DNA of 64,000 nucleotides, taken from Amoebidium appalachense (lineage: Eukaryota; Protista; Ichthyosporea). Below are positions 30,237 to 64,000 of this stretch, piece by piece; the first letter of the stretch is position 1, and every line of letters starts with the position of its first letter. Under the pieces are notes generated by a model that was not told the DNA's origin, ran no database searches, and saw nothing but the letters and a program-made list of their open reading frames with translations. The DNA lies in assembly GCA_963693365.1 (NCBI GenBank), contig CAVNZM010000012.1:7018889-7082888 (forward strand), in the 5' to 3' direction. The translations under genes were made by a program, and so were the position numbers.

Positions 30237-32559
30237 CTTGACGTTGTTGGGTTTATGTTTTCTTGGCCGAAACAAAATCTGCACGGGAACACACCGCTGT
30301 CAAAAAAGAGCTACCACGGAAACAGGAATGAACCAGTAAGAAGAAAACTGGATAGGCGTTTCTGCTTTTCAGGGTAGATCTTTCAAGTTTGTGTGTGTCC
30401 CAAGGGCAAAACAAGGCCAGATCCAAAACCCAACGGAAGGACTAATCTGGATGGAGCACGGGAAGCAACACAAGTGCTTACTTTGTCTGGTTGCTCCCAG
30501 GTGACACCTACGTCACCGCAGCAGATGCATACAGTCGAAATACTATGAAGCCGCGAAAGTCTAGAATATCAAGCTGGTCGCTTCACTTTGTTAATGGCAG
30601 GCGAGACTCCAGCAAACATGAAAGCACGGGAAACAAGAGCTGAAAGATCTGTTGGAAAACAAAATCTTTTCAACTAGCCAAGTTTACCAAACCTGTGCCT
30701 TCTTTGGAACTTGAAACTTGATTCCGGTAGAACGGAATCTTGCTTCCAAGTGACTCCTGTCGTGACACAATTAACACTCACATCAACTGAATAATTCAAG
30801 GATGATGTACTACATAAACAAGTTTGCGAAGTGAAGCGCAAAGAGAAGAACTTGGCTGGACCTTCTGTAAGCTTCGACTTTGGGCATTGCGTAACCGTTT
30901 TGTGACGTCACCACACTTTTTTGAGACACCGCAGTTTCGAACCAGGTCAAGTTCAGTGACACGACCCGCTAAGCCTGCTGAGACCGAACTTATTTAGGTA
31001 TGCACGATGTAATTACAGTTGAAAAACACTTATGAAATAGCTAAGCTAGGTCCTTTATAGTTGGTTAAGAACAATTACTTATTAGGGCGAGATGATTTTA
31101 AGTATACTGTTACAGAAGGGAGCCACAAATAAAGAGCTGAGTAATAATAATACTTTAACATCTCGAGGCTCTCCTGGAATGCATGCGGACCGTTCCGAAG
31201 GCCCGGCGGGCCGCGGACGGGCCGGCACTGGACCTGCTGGCTCATGGACTCAATTATAAATGTTTGTAAGACGAGTATTTACAATTTGATATTGTTAAAA
31301 AAGTAAGGAAAGTGATTTTAAATACTTTGTGGGCTTATATTTGCGAATTTCAAGAATTCTAGATTGTTGTAGGTTTGCTAGGACCCGACAGACCGGTCCC
31401 AGAGCTCGCGAGCGAGGCTCACAAAGTTCAACCCAGCCAGTAACGCATTTGAACTTCATATTTCTCTCCACGTTTGTTTGTTTTTTTTCAGTGGAACCTC
31501 TCTCACCCTTGTCAGTAACATTGGGAAACCTTGTCACTCGTGCCAAGCCAGTTTCGCCCAAAAAGGAAAAACTGTAGCATATAGAGCGTATGTCAAAAGC
31601 AGCCATCGATAAATATCCCTCTCTTACCCATGCGATTGCTATAGTTCACACACTTCTCACACCTGCTGCGTGCCGGTGGGTTGCAAAGAGTTTTTACACT
31701 CGACAAAACACATAATCAAAACTTACGCTTATTAAATTTAGGGCGGTAGGTTGCGGACTCATTATTTTTCCCCCGTAGCAATTAGTCCTTCTAATCTGTT
31801 CTCGGTTGGCTTTACCGTAGTCGTACTGTTGCAAAGTTAGGGATACCCCCAAGCACAGCATTGATTTTGTTCTTTTGTATACATGGGTACGCTGTTTCAA
31901 TAGTTTTTTGAGTTCAAGCTTAAACGTTAATGGAACCTAAACACTCACAAGGCTTGGGAAAGCACGCATTCTGGAAAGAAGGGAGACACGGCCGAATGCT
32001 AGACCTGCACAAGAGTGGTCCTCTGAGGCTGCGCCCATGTTGCGCCCGGCAGTTGCTTGAACTTGGTGAGCGCGATGAACCCGGCATATGCATAAATTAC
32101 CTTCAAGGACATAACGGTTCACGTTTGTTTTTATTCTTGTAGCGGAATTGGTCATAATTACATTTGAGGCTCGTGTTTCATACTTTTTCGCCCCTTTCAT
32201 TTTCTTGGGTTTTATCTTGAACAAAAGGGGGGAGGGGGGTGGGAAGGGGGGGAGGGGGGTTGGAGGGGCTAACTTTAGAGCGCTGGAGAAGTTGCTTGCC
32301 GGTCCGCTGTCCCTCTGAGGCAACAATCACAGCATGACAGTAGACAACTGCCTCCTTGATACTTCCACACCCAACCAAACAACTAGTGCTAGCTTCTTAG
32401 TCGGCCTGCTCTGGTTAAAAAACTCCGTTGTTTCATTCCCCTAAGTAATCTGTCTATATTCCATAGGTTTCATAACCTGCGAGTTCTTTTGCTGAGCGGC
32501 TTTCTTCCAGTCCAACAATCCGCGACCTCTCAACCTTCATGCTGGCCAACCAGCTCACT

Positions 32560-32592
<33 letters not shown>

Positions 32593-32661
32593 AGTTCCTT
32601 GAAGCATCTGTTTCATGATTCATTTTTCTGTCAACTCATGTCTTTTCTTAGCAGCCACGCC
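30237..32661. promoter_or_regulatory. Divergent intergenic region between ILRUN (-) and START-RGS-START (+)
   Basis: Head-to-head start codons flank a 2.4-kb stretch almost free of microsatellites; no individual elements assigned. Confidence 0.45.
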
Positions 32662-54337
<21,676 letters not shown>

Positions 54338-56330
54338 CCGGCGTACCTGATTGGTTGTTTTTAAATATTTAAGATTTTACGACACGAATGTTATTGGTGC
54401 ATATATGTGATAGGATAGAATTTACAGGTTGCGAAAGAATGGGGTGTTCAATATTTGGCTGTATTTTATGTAAATGTGCACTTGAATTACCACGTGCGCG
54501 CAACTCGCAGATGTGCTCTAGCGCACGCACACACACACACACACGCACACATGCACCCACACAATCACACACACACACACACACTCACACACACACACAC
54601 TCACACACACACACACACACACACACAGTTTGACATCTTGCTGTTACTAGTGGTTATATGAGTACGCTCGCACACACACGCACACACGCACACACACACA
54701 CACATCACATATCCACGCTTGTTCCACCATTACGCATATTGAGTGAGTGTACATATATGCGAAACCAAAGAACATGTAGTTCTGTATGTGCAAGTGTGGT
54801 GCTTTGTACGGATGAGAGTTAAAAAGCTGTTGACAAGAGTTCGGTATCCTAAATATAGAGTTCAACGTATGGATTCAAATAGATGTTTCTCGTGGTAAAT
54901 TCTTTTTTTCGTTTCGATTCATCTTTTGTGCCGCGTGAATTTTTGCGGAATTTATGCACGTGGCGTAGGTATGTAATGTGGTGATATAAGGCCATTAGAA
55001 GTGGTAGGCATGACATTGTGTGTCTGTGCCTTGAATATAGATAAAGGATGTTGTAGGGTGTCCAGGTGGCTATATTTATCGATGATCGGGAAATCTCAGC
55101 CGGGATGATATTTGTGATGTCGTGCTGGCACCGAGATGTTTTGAATAAACACCCAACATGCACATAAATGCCTATCGTGGTGGGATTTTCTGATTGAATA
55201 ATCGACAGACAAAAGCGCCTGACAAATCGATTCATCTCTCAGAGTCTGGCTCGCATCATTTTTGAGCAGCCCCCCACCAACCACCCACACACACATGCAC
55301 ACATGAACACACGCACACACACGCACGCACGCACACACACACACATGTACACATGTACACAACGCACATGCACACACGCACGTACAGTCACGCACACACA
55401 AATACACATGCACACCCACATGTGCACGGGCACATGCCGGATCATCATGCACATGTGTGTAATAGGGCAGTGCACACTATGTAGCCTATTATAGTGTCTT
55501 TTCTCTGCGCATGCCTGGCTGTGTCATATTTATTCAGTGAAATGAAATTGATTGCATCCGTATATACGTGTCCGCACACGGTGCCACACAGTCCCGTGTT
55601 TACGCCATACGGCCCACACTTTCATTCCAATGCACAGCAAAAAATTGCGAGATTCACTTAGATGTATGGCTACTACTAAAGCAATCTTGTATATTTCATG
55701 AATATCATGTATATACATGCACATATACAAGAGCAGCCCCCCGGCCCTCCCCCCCCCCTCCCTCCTCCCCCGGGCCCCCCACCCCGTTTTCTCAGATATC
55801 ATGCAACACACTGGAGCCATGCCCCATTGACCACGTACATACATTTGGGTTTTATAAAGCTCCCTGTATTCTTTTGTATTACATGCAGAAATATTGGTCC
55901 ATAATCTCCGAGTACATATTGGCGCCGAAATTTTGTGTTTTGTGTTTGTGCTGAGAATTAAAATGTCCAAAAAAACACCACCCCCCAATTTGAAAACCAT
56001 GACCACTGCACTCGGCCCCCTGGACCAGGCACGCGCAGTCACACACAATGTCATGATCATGGGAACACACACTGCACGCCCACTGTGTCGCGCCTGCACG
56101 CCCCCTGCCCGGCCACCCGCGGCACATATATATCTGCACCTTGTTCCCCCCAACATACACACCCGAAGCTTTCGGTGCCTTCTCAAATTGGTTCAGGCTT
56201 GCCAAATGGCCAACGACCCCTTGCGGAACCATAAGGGGTAGGTCGTCAAATAAAACGTGATGACACATTTTTCCACACTCCCCCCCTCCCCCTCCCTCCC
56301 CCCTCCCCCCCCCCCCCTCCCGGCGCGCCC

Positions 56331-56420
<90 letters not shown>

Positions 56421-56840
56421 AACGAACTCTTGCCCAGGCTGTGCACCAAAACACATCAGCTAATGTTTGCTTTTATTGACAGTCATTTACCAGTAAACAC
56501 AACCATTCCATATTCCTTTTTGTTTTGTTGTTGTATAAAAATCATTCACGCGCCGATTGTAAGTGGAAACCGTACCGTTTGCCTAAAAACCTATATCTGA
56601 GAAAGCTTACCAGGTGGTTCCAATCGACAGATCGCTTCCAAAATATGCACGATTACACAGATTGCGGTCAACCATGTAAAAAAAACAGACTCAAATATCT
56701 ACCAATCACATCTGATATATAGATGTAGAAGATGTAGTAGATAGCTAAATATAAACCCCCAGCAGAAAATGAAAGAAAACATTAAAGAACATCTGTCATA
56801 TACGGCCTTCGTGATCGCCTATAAATAGCTCTTGTGGGGC

Positions 56841-63272
<6,432 letters not shown>

Positions 63273-63519
63273 ATGGGTGTGTGTGTGTCTGTCTGCGCGT
63301 GCGCCTGCATGTGGGCATGTGTGTGTGTGTGTGTATGTGTGTGTGTGTTTATGCGTGTATGACATTTATGTATATGTCGGGTGAATGCCTTGGATGAGTA
63401 CGTCGCAGTCCCTTTCATCTAATCAATAAGACATGATCTAGAAAGGTGCAAGCGAAGGCAGTGTATGACTGGAGAGAATGGGGGGGGGGAGGGGGGGGGA
63501 GGAGGGGGGGGGGAGGGAG

Positions 63520-63790
63520 AGGTGGAATGTGTTACTAAGTACACAGTACACACTCATGACGGACAACACAATGCAGAATACTGAACAAAAAACACACAAA
63601 GTATGCATCACAAGCAGTGATCCACAGTACCCGAGTTTCGAATTATTCACCCACTTGCACCGAAACCAAACTCAGATACCGGTTCCACTTGAACATGGGG
63701 TGGGTCACCCGTCTTGATCAGAGACGAGCAGATGTCAAAAGCAAGACCAGTGGGAAGAGCTGGAAGTTAAGTGGCAGCAGCAAGCAACAA
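63520..63790 (-). mobile_element. Family A repeat copy (9139 subfamily, internal deletion)
   Basis: atccacagtacccgagtttcga…aactcagatac…cacttgaacatg…ggtcacccgtcttgatcagagacgagcag is shared with ~9262-9369. Confidence 0.8.
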
Positions 63791-64000
63791 GCCAAAAAAA
63801 GAAGAAAAAAAAAAAAAAAAAAAAAAAAAAAAGATAGAAGTTCAGGAGGTGGGGATGCTGAAAAGCCCCCCCCCCCCCCCCTCCCCACCGTCCCTACCAA
63901 TTTACGACATTTTCCTTGCTACCATCCTAATTTTGCTGAAAGGAAACAATCAAAGGCCCCAAAATTTCCAGTCAGAGGGGGGAACTTAAAATTTCTAACC

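Noticed and set aside
54700-56800. Possible additional gene between the convergent 3' ends
   Set aside because: A few AG/GT-bounded stretches (e.g. ~56165-56237) but no recognisable protein or consistent exon chain.

Overview
Eukaryotic nuclear DNA with standard genetic code and GT-AG introns. The introns are built largely from G/C homopolymers and (CA)n/(GA)n microsatellites, so almost the whole supplied ORF track is low-complexity noise. Exons chained by hand with phase checks give five genes: a CDP-alcohol phosphatidyltransferase (+, 3 exons, enters from the left and appears to stop early), ATG13 (-, 22 exons), an ILRUN/C6orf106 homolog (-, 8 exons, one 1-nt frameshift), a START-RGS-START protein (+, 25 exons, ~814 aa) and DBP5/DDX19 (-, last 9 exons). 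There is also a tRNA-Ala(CGC) and four TIR-bounded MITEs. Top findings: (1) a dispersed, 5'-truncated, poly(C)-anchored repeat family that carries all three hammerhead ribozyme strands with covarying stems, in an order matching none of types I/II/III; (2) about ten tandem duplications centred on splice signals; (3) the START-RGS-START architecture. A unicellular opisthokont is my weak guess for the organism (fungal-like ATG13 HORMA insert). All homology calls are from remembered motifs; no searches were run.
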